Source: Octopus sinensis
Taxonomy: Eukaryota
Length of the DNA: 64,000 nt
Assembly: GCF_006345805.1 (NCBI RefSeq)
Contig: NC_043014.1
Location: forward strand, 30,566,001-30,630,000
Reading direction: 5' to 3'
Shown here: positions 50,575 through 62,538 of the stretch, in pieces
How the letters are laid out: every line of letters starts with the position of its first letter
How positions within the stretch are numbered: position 1 is the first letter of the stretch
The notes under the pieces: model-generated
What the model saw: only the letters and a program-made list of their open reading frames with translations
What the model was told of the DNA's origin: nothing
Databases searched by the model: none
Translations under genes and position numbers: made by a program

Positions 50575-51008
50575 AAAAGCTGTGACATTTTCTGGTAATG
50601 TTACCAGCGTCGCCTTACTGGCACTTATGCCTGTGCTAGTAGGGTGCCAAGAGCACCATCCAAGCATGATCGTTGCCAGAGCAGCCAACTGGCTTCCGTA
50701 CACATGGCACGTAAAAGGGCACCATACGAGCATGATCGTTTCACTGGCACCTATGCCGGTGGCACGTGTAAAAAGATTCGAGCGAGGTCATTGCCAGTGC
50801 CGCCTGACTGCACCCCCCCCCACCTGCCGGTGGCACGTAAAAAGCACCCACTACACTCTTGGAGTGGTTGGCGTTAGCAAGGGCATCCAGCTGTAGAAAC
50901 TCTGCCAGATCAAGATTGGAGCCTGGTGAAGCCATCTGGCTTGCCAGCCCTCAGTCAAATCGCCCAACCCATGCTAGCATGGAAAGCGGACGTTAAACAA
51001 TGATGATG
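50575..51008 (+). mobile_element. RTE LINE 3'UTR fragment
   Basis: Repeated tggcacgtaaaa motifs, ggagtggttggcgttag..gggcatccagctgtagaaac, (GAT)n tail. Confidence 0.8.
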
Positions 51009-51111
51009 TAATTTAAATGTTTCAAGAGAGAGAGAGAGTGCCTATAAAAAAACTGAATTGTACAGGTTTAGATAATCAAGAGGAAACACTTTATATCTAA
51101 CACTTCTTAAG

Positions 51112-51334
51112 TTGAACCTTTTAGCATTTAAGCTAGCCATACACAGCCCAAATCTAGTACCTGGTTTCGGTTGAAACCAGACAGATCCAGTCTATCACAT
51201 ATATTCTCAACAAAGTCATTCTAAAAATAAACAATTGAAATTCCAACATTACAATATAATGCATGAGAAATTCAAATCAACGTGAATAAATAAGCATTGC
51301 ATTTGACAGGGTAATCTGAGTGCTAAATGGTTAA
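51112..51334 (-). mobile_element. MITE family B, diverged
   Basis: accttttagcatt ... gtgctaaatggttaa. Confidence 0.7.
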
Positions 51335-51954
51335 AAGGTCCAGACAACTTTCATAAATTCAATGGATGGTAATATAAGGGATGTTAGTGTGGGTGGGGGG
51401 CTCCATTGAGGACATAGAGACGAGGGACACTGACACTAACAGTATCAATGTAGAGATATGCACTATCTGGTCTTTTATGGGGACTAAGGTTTATTCTCTC
51501 TCAAGTGCATTCCATATATCTGCATACCTTTGTGAGCAAATAAAATGTGTGAGTGTGTGTGTGGGTGGGCGTGTGCATGCACGTGCGCACGCACACACCC
51601 ATCATGTCTTTGTGTGTCTGTGAGAGCATGTTCTTTTAAATTCTGGTTATTGCTTTCCCTTTGCTTCAATAGACATTGTATTATCTTTGCTTATCATAAC
51701 CTTTCATTCTTTAGAGTAAGCGATATCTATTTATGGTGAAATCATCAAATCAGGAAATGTAAATTTATGCACTCACCTTTGACCTTAAGATATTGACATA
51801 TAATCAAAACAATGAAAATTCACACCCTCCTCTCTAACCTACAAATCTACCTACCTATAGACATACATACCTATTTATCTATCTATCTACCTATTTATCT
51901 CTCTTAGTTAATATCACTAAAACCAACAGGCCACATGCTGTGATACCTTCTCTA

Positions 51955-52440
51955 GCTCAAGCCAGTGGGGCTAGACAGAGGGGATGGTAAAAGGACTGAT
52001 GGTATGACAGTTTTCCTGTTCTGTGGCAGCAGGCCTCTCATCTGGGATGCCACATGCAGTGATAGCTTTTCCAGTGGCAACTTGGTGTGTTCAGCTACCT
52101 ACCCATCTGCCTACCTATATACATACATATCTATTTAACTATCTATCTCCCTTAGAAAATATCACTAAAACCAACAGGTCACATGCTGTGACACCTTCTC
52201 CAGCAGTAACCCTGATTCCAATACTCAATCATCAGGCAGAGAAAAGCAAACTGCTTATGGTCAAGCCTGTGGTAGTGGAAACCTCTTGCATTCTCCACAC
52301 ACACACCACCACCACATCCCTGCTCACCACTATCAGGGCTAAGATGGCTGTCAGCAAATGCAAGCCCCATACATTCTGTTCTTGTTCATTTCCCTTGTCA
52401 TCCTCCAGGCAGCGCCTTTTCCATGTTTTCTGTTGGGACC
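51955..52440 (+). mobile_element. CRE-like non-LTR remnant (restriction-like endonuclease)
   Basis: LDRGDGKRTDGMTVFLFCGSRPLIWDATCSDSF..VKPVVVETS resembles 'DGKRPDG.T..PW..G..L.WDATC.DT..P.AVET'. Confidence 0.65.
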
Positions 52441-52798
52441 ACAACAGGGTCGGAAATTGTACATTCGACTCCTTAATGTAAAGTTACTCCATATATTGAA
52501 AAGAACTGGTTTCATTTGACATGTCCTTCTAAAGAAGAGGTTCTGTAACATATACCTTAGAGTTCCTTTCATACAGTATAGCAGTGTTTCTCAACCGGGG
52601 TTCCCCAGAACCCTAGAGTTCTGCAAAAGGTTCCTAGGGGTTCCACAAGAAAGAGTGAGATAAGCTAATGCCAATTTCATGATCATACCACATATCATTG
52701 GTTATTGCAATATTGTAATATAGATATCAACCTGTCTAACCTATCATGTTATCAAAACAATATAACAACCACACACACACAAACATATATATTTTTTT

Positions 52799-53333
52799 TT
52801 TTTACGTGCCACCGGCACAGGTGCCAGGGGAGGCTGGCAGCAGCCACGATCGGTTGGTGCTTTTTACGTCTCACCGGCACAGAAGCCAGTCATGGCGGCG
52901 CTGGCATCGGCCACGTTCAGTTGATGCTTTTTACGTGCCACCGGCACAGGTATCACAACTACTATTTCCAGTGATATTTATTTCGATTGAGTGAAGTACA
53001 TAAACATCGAAATAAATATCAATGGAAATAGTAGTTGCGATACCTGTGCCGGTGGCACATAAAAAGCACCATCTGAACATGGCCGATGCCAGCACCTTGA
53101 CTGGCTTCTGTGCTGGTGGCACATAAAAAGCACCAACCGATTGTGGCCGCTGCCAGCCTCCCCTGGCACCTATGCCAGTGGCACGTAAAAAGCACCCACT
53201 ACACTCACGGAGTGGTTGGCGTTAGGAAGGGCATCCAGCTGTAGAAACACTACCAGATCAGACTGGAGCCTGGTGCAGCCTCCTGGCTTGCCAGACCCCA
53301 GTTGAACCGTCCAACCCATGCTAGCAATGATGA
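52799..53333. mobile_element. RTE 3'UTR fragment with ~190-bp inverted duplication (foldback)
   Basis: Arms 52799-52987 and 53006-53191 are complementary around an 18-nt spacer; the right arm continues into the normal RTE 3' end. Confidence 0.9.
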
Positions 53334-54999
53334 AAAAAATATGAGAAAGATATGGTATATAATTTATTTTGTGCTTGAGATACATAATTTATTTTAAGGA
53401 TTATGCAAAACATTGGCATCAGAAAACAATAATAATAATAATAATAAAGCTCATCTGACTCCCCATTCCAAGCAATACAATTTCTTTTGAAATACACTGC
53501 CTTATTTCATATAACTTTGAAAATAATGAAGAATTTAGTAAAATAACAGTCTATAATAAGCTGGTGTTTGGAACATAGATTAACATTAAATTTTCATGTT
53601 AATCTTTTAAATACCAGCATCCCTGATCACCATCATCACCACTGTCACCGTCACAACCTCAAGCTAATGCAGAAGCACTTTGCATGGTCACTGACATGCT
53701 AGAAATAACAACCAAATCTCCCTTACATCACACCCCAGCCTACTGTCTTTAAACAGGAAGGACACATTGGATAATACAGCATCTGATAACGATTATAAAA
53801 TAATAAACCAAACAAATATAATGAAAAAAAAAACTTGTTAGCAAGAAAAAAGTACATTAAGAAGGAATGCTATTTGTGAGTGTGGTTTAAGAGAGACTTG
53901 GTTGCTATATCTAGTGGTTTGAATAACTACACAAAGGGTCCCTTGTTATCACATCTCACTTAGGTTTATACTTAATGTATTGAAGTTTAAGCAGGTTAAA
54001 CTTCAAAAACACCAACATTGCAAACTTAAATAAAGAGCTAATATCCTTATGCTGTTTAGTAGTGGAACCAGAAATTATAAATTATAGAACCAGATAAGAT
54101 GCCTCTTTCAAAGTATCTAGCTTGGTTCCTTGCATTTCCAGTCTCAAATCCTAACCAAATGAACACTTGACTTTCACGAGTCAATACAATTAATATCACT
54201 AAAAATTTACTAGTGTTTTGGCTACCAGCTATACTCTCTCTCTATCCAAAAACAATACTTATACCCACAGAGAAATCAAGATTCTAACATTCTCAAATAA
54301 AATAGCTTTTTGAAGCCAGTTCACCTCAAGGCAATGATTTTTGAAAGTGTTCATCATGAAATAGAGGAATTTCACTGTTTTTTAATTCTTAGAGCTAGAG
54401 AAATTTGACAAGTTGGTGGGCAGAAATATGCTGCCCCAAAGCTTGTTTGTTGAATGGTTATTTTCTGCAAGAATTGATATAAATCATTTCCAAAGATTTT
54501 GTCTGAGTCAGAGGGCAAAGTGCAATGCTCATCATCTTTTTGCAGATCCAAGATGGGAGAAAGGGGAGACATAACTTCCAAGTAGAAGACTTGATCCAAA
54601 CTATTTTCAACTGAGTGAACTCTGCTCAAGGCACTCAATGGCTAGGTAGTAGTGATGACAGTAGCAATATTAAACTGAGTGTGTTAGGTTTACTCTATCA
54701 CCCATGAACATAAGCAGTCCTGTCAACTGGCTTCCACACAGTTTCCACCAATCCAGTTTCACTCACAAGGCTTAGGTCGACTAAAGCTATGATACAAGAC
54801 ACATACCCAAGCTTAACAGGCTCAAAAGTGTGCAGCATATTTCTGTCCACTGACTTGCCAAATTGTTCTAGCACTAGGAATCAAAACAGAATGTAATTCC
54901 CCTATTTCATGGTGAATGCTTCAAAAAGTCATTTCCTTGGGGTGAACTGGCCTTGAAAGGCTATATGATTTGAGAATGTAGAATCAAACCTGGAATTAC

Positions 55000-55358
55000 C
55001 ATGGATGGCATGTAAAAAGCACCATTTGAGCGTGATTGTTACCAGTGTCGCCTTACTAGCACTTGTGACAGTGGCACGTGAACAAAACATTCGAGTGAGG
55101 TTGTTGCCAGTGCCACTGGGCTGACTCCTGTGCAGGTGGCATGTAAAAAACACCATTTGAGCATGGCCATTGCCCTTGTGCCAGTGGCATGTAAAAGCAC
55201 CCACTACACTCTCGGAGTGGTTGGCGTTAAGAAGGGCATCCAGCTGTAGAAACACTGCCAGATCAGACTGGAGCCTGGTGCAGCCATCTGGTTCGCCAGC
55301 CCTCAGTCAAATCGTCCAACCCATGCTAGCATAGAAGCGGACGTTAAATGATGATGAT
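55000..55358 (+). mobile_element. RTE LINE 3'UTR fragment
   Basis: Four tggcatgtaaaaa-type motifs plus the conserved terminus. Confidence 0.8.
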
Positions 55359-55534
55359 TGTGATGTGAAGTGAACTTTACTGCTGTACTTCTCCTTTTCC
55401 CCTTCCCCTCTGACCCAACCCAATTTGACAAATGTAAATGAAATAATTATCCTATTTCTCAGAGAATCTCACTGAACAGACAAGAAACTAGTTACGGATT
55501 CTTACATTCTCTCAATTTCTTGTAATTCAAACTG

Positions 55535-56095
55535 CCCCATGGTGCCAGCAGACAAAATGGAAAAGGCATTGCCCTGAAGGATGGTGGGGGAGATGCACTA
55601 GAACTTCCATTCTGACTCATGGGATTTGAACTTGCGGACAGCCATCTCCGCCCTGACAGCAGTAAGCAAGTATATGGTCCAGGGGGCCAAGAACACCAGA
55701 TGTTTCCACTGCCAAAGGCTTGACCATAAACCTGTCAGAGAGCAATGAGTAACTGATACATGACAGTTTGTTTTCTAAGCCTGATGAATGAGCAGCAGAG
55801 GCTGGGCTGGTAGCTGACAACACAAAGTTGCTACTGGAGAAGGTGTCACAGCATGTGAGCTGTTGGTTTTAGTAATATTTACTAAGGGTGATAGATAAAT
55901 AGCTAAATAGACATATAGGTATATAGGTAGGTAGGTAGATAGATAGGTAGGTAGGTAAATTAGTAGGTCTGAACACACTATGTTGCCGCTGGAAAAGGTA
56001 TCACTGCATGTGACATCCCAGATGAGAGGCCTGCTGCCACAGAACAAGAAAACTGTCATACCATCAGACCTTTTACCATCACCTCAGTTAGGCCC
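55535..56095 (-). mobile_element. CRE-like non-LTR remnant, inverted paralog of 51955-52440
   Basis: GDGKRSDGMTVFLFCGSRPLIWDVTCSDTFSSGN..FMVKPLAVETSGVLGP; same internal (CTAC)n insert. Confidence 0.65.
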
Positions 56096-56764
56096 TACTA
56101 TGGCATCTAGGCTGTTTTATGATTTCATTAAGGACAGCATGGTGTGAAAAGTATAGGGGCATGAGAAAGGGTAAAGGCTGAAAAATCCTCAGTGGAACTA
56201 CAACAGTATTTGTGGAAGGTTTAAGTGATACAAACATATTTCTTCACATAAACCCATCACAATCTTAAATCTTCTACTGCCAATCAAGTTTAACCTTGTT
56301 TGACCACCTTTGACTTTTAGATAGCAACAAAAATATTCAAGTATTTATTCCAAAATGTCTATAATCTTACTGTAATCAACATTCAATACACTCACATGAA
56401 TTCCTGTTCCCACATTTTGAATCAACTTGATTCTTCAAATTTTGATTCCGGGGGGGGGGGTTCTTTATCAGAAGTTTGTGGGGGAACAGATTGTCTACTA
56501 TGGAGCTTGCACTGAAGGTTAATTTATTACAGGAAAGCAGACAACTGTCCTCAACATGGAAGATAACTATAATAGATGGTGATTGTGTGGGAGGAGGAAA
56601 ATTAATAGGGATAAGAAGCAGTTTCTGAAAACAGGAGTCTGTTATAGTGGTAGAAGATACAATACATTTTGTTGTTTTTTTAGATTGGAAGGTGTGATTC
56701 AAGGGAGATCTTGCTGCTATTTTTAGCAGATCCAATAACAGTAGAGAAGCTTCCTCCAATGGTT

Positions 56765-57125
56765 GAGATTTTTGTTTCCCAACCACACTGTTCCAGTTTC
56801 AGTCTCACTGCATGGCACCTTGAGCAAGTGTCTTCTACTATAGCCTCAGGCCAACCAAAGCCTTTGTGGATGGAATTGGTAGATAGAAACTGAAAGAAGC
56901 CCATCATACATGTGTGTGTGTGTGTGTATCTTTATGCTTGTGTTTGTCCACACCCCACTGCTTGACAACTAGTGTTGGTTTTCTTTATGTCCCCATACCT
57001 TAGTTGTTCAGCGAAAGAGACTGATAGAATAAGTACTAGGTTTAACAAAAAAATAAAAATTCTTCAAGGCAGTACCCCAGCATGGCTGCAATCTATCGAC
57101 TGAAACGAGTAAAAGATAAAAGATC
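56765..57125 (+). mobile_element. SINE family A
   Basis: CORE and tail present. Confidence 0.78.
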
Positions 57126-57653
57126 TATTGAAAATTTTGAACAATCAGACAAATAATTTTTCAAATGCTACCATATTGCAGGTATGAAAGTAATAATATA
57201 AGTGGAAAGTTTCTAACAGCTGATGTTACTTTAAGCTAATAGATTTGTCACACTAGTGACATTCTACTTATGTCATTGTATGTTGAATACAACTGGTAAT
57301 TAACAACTTGAAGTTATCAAAAGTTAGAGAAAGCCCAACCCAAAACATTAAGCATTTTTTCTCATACAACTCACTTCATTTTTTTTTTTACACAAAATTA
57401 ACCTTTTGGTAATAAATGTTTATTTTTAAAGAAATTATTACCATAACAGTTTTCTATCAATTTCAGCTATTCATGCTACGGTTTGATGAACAATATTTTA
57501 ATTGGTTCCATCTGAATTCACCTTCACATGCCCTACATTATACACGCGTGCGTGCGCACATGCAAACATACATGCTGGCATAGGTTAGACAAGATTTTTT
57601 GAGGCAGTATTCCATAGCTGGATGTCCTTCCTAATAATAAAACTTCTTTTTAA

Positions 57654-59172
57654 ATCATCATCATCATTTAATGTCCATTGTCCATGCTGGCATGGGTTGG
57701 TCAGTTTGACCAGCACTGGTAAGCTGACGGATTATACCAGACTCCAGTCTGATTTGACATGGTTTCTACAGCTGGATGCCCTTCCTAATGCCAACCACTC
57801 TGAGAGAGTAATGAGTGCTTTTATGTATCACTGGCATGAGTGCCAGTTGTGTGACACCAGTATCTGTCACAGCTATGATTTCACTTGACTTGATGGATCT
57901 TCTACTCAAGTATTGTATGTTGCTGAAGGTCTTGGTCATTTGTCATTACCTCTCAGAGGCCCAATGCTCAAAAGTGCTTTTTACATATCACCCGCACAGG
58001 TGCTAGTAGCACAACATTGGCCACATTGCATCCATGAGGTCCAAAAAAGGTGCTTAGTTACATGCCACTGGCACGGATGCTACTTACGCAACACCAGCAT
58101 TGGCCATACTGCCCCATGAGACCCAACGCTTGATAGGTGATTTTTATGTGTCACTAGCATGGGTACCAGCCATGTGACACCGGCATCACCATGACTACAA
58201 TTTCACTTGGCTTGATGAGTCTTCTCAAGCAGAGCATATCACCAAAGGTCTCGGTTACTAGTTATTGCTTCCGTGGGGCCCAACATTCAAAGATCATGCT
58301 TCACCACCATGTCCCATGTCTTCTTCCACAGGCTCCCTCCACAGTTAGAGATTGGCATTTTTTTTACAGAACTGTCTTCATCCATATGCATCACATAACT
58401 AAACCAGTGCAGTCTCTCTTACATACCACATCTGATGCCTCTTATGCCCAACTGTTCTTTCAAGATGCTTACACTCTATCATACATGTACACTGACATTG
58501 CACATCCAGTGAAGCATGCTAGCTTCATTTCTTCTAAACCTATGCATGTCCTTGGTGGTAACAGCCCATGTTTCATGGCCATGTAGCATAGCTGTTCACA
58601 CACAGTAATCATACAGTCAACTTTTCAGTCTGAGAGAGAGGCCCTTTGTTACTAACAGAAATAGGAGCTCTCTGAACTTTGCCCTGTCTATTCTCATAGC
58701 TACACTCTTGGAACATCCACCTCTGCTACTGACTTGGTCATCTAGATAATGGAAGCTATCAACTAACTCTAGCTGACCCACCTGGCATTTGATGGAGTCT
58801 ATTTTCTGTGCATTTTTAGTTTTTATTGTACCTGTGCACCTTCCACACACAAGGACTATTTTCCCAGTTAACCTACCTTTGATATTGCTGCACTTCTTAT
58901 GTATCCATAGCTTACATCGGGTACATCTTATGGAATTTCTAACCATGCCTTTCCTCAGATCAAGCAGGGCTGTCTACCCAAAGGTGTTTGTGATTTGTCT
59001 GCCTTCCTACTTACTAAGACTTTGGTTTTTGACAGGTTAACTCTAAGGGCCTTCAATTTTAGACCTTGTTTCCACACCTGAAATTTCTTCTCAAGTTCTG
59101 ATAGTGATTCAGCTATAAGAACAAGGTCATCAGCATAGAGAAGCTCCCAGGAGCAGCTCATCTTAAATTCCT
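57654..59172 (-). mobile_element. 5'-truncated, degenerate RTE LINE (RT C-terminal part, PHD-like finger, 3'UTR)
   Basis: WELLYADDLVLIAESLSELEKKFQVWKQGL..LRVNLSKTKVL, C4HC3-type finger, LELVDSFHYL, (GAT)n tail. Confidence 0.9.
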
Positions 59173-59450
59173 CAAAGGTATTTTATACACCTGGTCTTTG
59201 TATGCTGAATCGCCAAGCTGCAGGTCATATTATGTGGAACATAAATGTCCTCTTTATCTAGTGGTGTTAATGCAAAGACGAATACATGCACACACACATA
59301 TACAGATCATGTTGAACCATCCAACCCATGCCAACAGTAAAAAAATGGACATGAAAAGCTGGTTGTATATTTATTCCACACAATTTCTGTCTACCAAATT
59401 TCATTTAGCAGGCATTGATCAACCCTAAGGCTGAAGGCGAAATCATTCGT

Positions 59451-59681
59451 TTAACCCTTTCGTTACCGTACTTATTTTGAGATGCTGTGTGTTTCATTCA
59501 ATTAATTTTAAATATAACAAAGAATTTAATAAAAGAACTTAGTTATCATTAAGCTAATGTTGGGAACATAAATTGTGACTAAGGTTTGGTGGAAGATTTT
59601 AATTCAATACTTATGAAAACAAGACATTTGTACTACAGAGCCAGAGGCGGTTTTTGGCCGGGTTGGTATCAAAAGGGTTAA
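59451..59681 (+). mobile_element. MITE family C
   Basis: TTAA-bounded; ttaaccctttcgttacc / ggtatcaaaagggttaa. Confidence 0.85.
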
Positions 59682-60627
59682 AGTGCAATATTGTTGCTAT
59701 GTAGTAAGAAGTCTGCTTCCCAACCACAGAGTTCTGCCTGTCAGTGTGTGTGTGTGTGTGTGATCATCTCCTTGCCTTGACACCACATGACAGTTGTAAA
59801 TGAGTCTCCTGTTCGTGGGGACTCAAGATTGATGCATGTCATCTGTGTCGTACATTTACATTTTTCCAGTTAATCCTGGAAAAATAATTACCTGTTAACT
59901 ATTTTAAGAAAAACTAGAAAAACCCAGAAAATTCACAATTTCTCTCTCTCTCTCTCTCCACCGCTGCTAAATTGTCGACAGCTCTTTACTCCTTTGTTCT
60001 TACAAGGTTATAATCTTGTATTTATTCCCACTACACAAAGTTGAAGTTAAACAGATTGCATTAACAAGAACAGCTATCCAACTAAAAAGAAAAAAATGCA
60101 AATAAATCCATAAAAAAAAAGCTTATCTTCACTGCAACACCCCTTACACAAATTCTTTTTGGTTACACCCAGTTTCTGTTCCTTACAAAACAAAACTATG
60201 GATACAGATATCTCTGCAACTCCCCACCTCTCTCTCTCTCTCTTACTTTTATTATAAAGAATTGCTTGGCAGAACATAAAGTCCAGTAACTGGTTTCATT
60301 GCTGAAGTACAACTTTAACCCTTTTTGTTACCATATTTCTGTTCAAATGCACTGCTTTCGTTCCAATTAATTTTGAAATTAATGAAGAATTTAGTAAAAT
60401 AACTGTCATTATTTAGCTGGTATTTCAAACATAAATTACCATGAAATTTCTACGGAAATTTTAAATTTATATCACTTTAAACAGGGAGTTAGTATCACAG
60501 AATCAAGTGGTCTCTTCCATTACAGCAATTCCTAAACCATTCCAGTCCATGAAAAACAACTCAGCACAACAACCTCACTAACCTCAATACCACTCCCTTG
60601 CTCCTCTAATCAAACACCCACTTAGGA

Positions 60628-61402
60628 ATCATCATCATCATCATTTAGTGTTTGCTTTCTATGCTGGTATAGGTTACACAGTTTGACTGAAACTGGTAAG
60701 CTGGAGAGCTGCACCAGGTTCCAATCTGATTTGGCATGGTTTCTATGTCTGGATGCCCTTCCTAATACCAACCACTCCAAGAGTGTAATGGGTGCATTTT
60801 ACACATCACCAGCACCTGTGCCAGTTACATGACACCAGCATCAGCCACAACTACAATTTCATGTGGTTTGACAAGTCTTCTCAAGCATGGCATATCACCA
60901 AAGCTCTGTCACTTGTCATTGCTTCCTTGAGGCCCAACATTCGAGGATCATGCTTCACCACGTCATCTCATGTCTTCCTTGCTCTACCTCCTCCACAGAT
61001 TCCTTCTACAGTTAGAGATCAGCACATTTTTTACACAGCTGTCCTCATCCATACGCATCATATGACCAAACCAGCACAGTCATCTCTCTTGCACTCCACA
61101 TCTGTTGCCTCTTATGCCTAACTTTTCTCTCAAGATGCTTACACTTTGTTTTACATGTACACTGACATTGCCGATCCAGTGAAAGACACTAGCTTCATTT
61201 CTTTCAAGCCTATGCATGCCTCAGCAGTCACAGCCCATGTTTCACTGCCATGTAGCATGGCTGTTCACACACAGGCATCATATAGTCTGCCTTTCACTCT
61301 GAGGGAGAAGCCTTTGTTACCAACAGAGGTGGGAGTTCTCTGAACTTTGTCCAGCCTATTCTTATTCTAGCAGCTACATTCTCAGAGCATCCACCTCCAC
61401 TA
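60628..61402 (-). mobile_element. RTE LINE 3' fragment (same family as 57654-59172)
   Basis: Colinear similarity with 57654-58730. Confidence 0.85.
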
Positions 61403-61408
61403 CACTTA

Positions 61409-61820
61409 TACTCTTTTACTGGTTTCAGTCATTTGACTGTGGCCATGCTGGAGCACCGCCTTTAGTCAAGCAAATCGACCCCAGGACTTATTCTTTGTAA
61501 GCCTAGTATTTATTCTATCGGTCGGTCTCTTTTGCCAAACCAATAAGTTACGGGGGCGTGAACACACCAGCATCGGTTGTCAAGTGATGTTGGGGGGACA
61601 AACACAGACACACAAACATATATGCACACATACATATATATATATATATATACACATACATACATATAACGGGCTTCTTTCAGTTTCCGTCTACCAAATC
61701 CACTCACAAGGCTTTGGTCGGCCTGAGGCAAAAATAGAAGACACTTGCCCAAGGTGCCACGCAGTGGGACTGAACTTGGAACCATGTTGTTGGTAAGCAA
61801 GCTACTTACCACACAGTCAC
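61409..61820 (-). mobile_element. SINE family A, young
   Basis: Consensus-like copy. Confidence 0.87.
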
Positions 61821-61843
61821 TTAACTTATTTATTTCTGTAGAC

Positions 61844-62267
61844 CAGTGTTTCTTAACCATTTTTTGCCTATGGACCCTATTGATTCCTATTTTACTCAGG
61901 AGGTGGGACCCTCATAACCATTCAATGTCCAAAAACTGCTATTGTATCTTTATGATTAACCCTTTAGCATTTAACCCAGCCATATCCAGCTCAAGTATTC
62001 TACCTGCTTTATGTTAAAACTGACCAGATACAACCTCTCACATCTACCCCTACAATAGCATTCTAAAAATATACAAACACACCATTGAAATATCAAAGCT
62101 ATGTGACAATATATGATTAATTCAAAACAATGTGAATAAATAAGCAATACATTTGACAAAGAAATATGAATGCTAAAGAGTTAAATATTATTAGGAATTG
62201 TATTCAAAAATTGTTAAAATATTTTATGTATTGTACAGAAGTTATGGACTCTGGTTGAGAATCACTG
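61844..62267. mobile_element. hAT (Charlie-like) MITE with nested family B MITE (61956-62184)
   Basis: cagtgtttcttaacca / tggttgagaatcactg termini; flanks ctgtagac / tgctagac; nested TTAA-bounded element. Confidence 0.72.
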
Positions 62268-62399
62268 TGCTAGACAGAGCTGAACCCCTCCTCAGAATTC
62301 CAATCTGAAATTACCTACAAACAGTGACACTAAAAAAAAGAACAATTTAAATCTTAAAGCTAAACAAAAAAATAATTAAATATCTGTTGCCTATACCAT

Positions 62400-62491
62400 A
62401 AAGTTATGGGGATGTAAACAAACCAACTCCAGTTGTGAAGCAGTGGTGGGAGATAAGCACAAACACACACACTCACACATATACATATATT

Positions 62492-62538
<47 letters not shown>

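Noticed and set aside
51771-51830. Strong minus-strand donor AAG|GTGAGT upstream of the AMPD exon
   Set aside because: No convincing acceptor or in-frame start; cannot be supported as an exon without transcript data.
50700-55200. CRISPR-like repeat-spacer appearance of GGCACGTAAAAAGCACC motifs
   Set aside because: Eukaryotic context, no cas genes, few degenerate repeats with irregular spacing, located inside an RTE 3'UTR.
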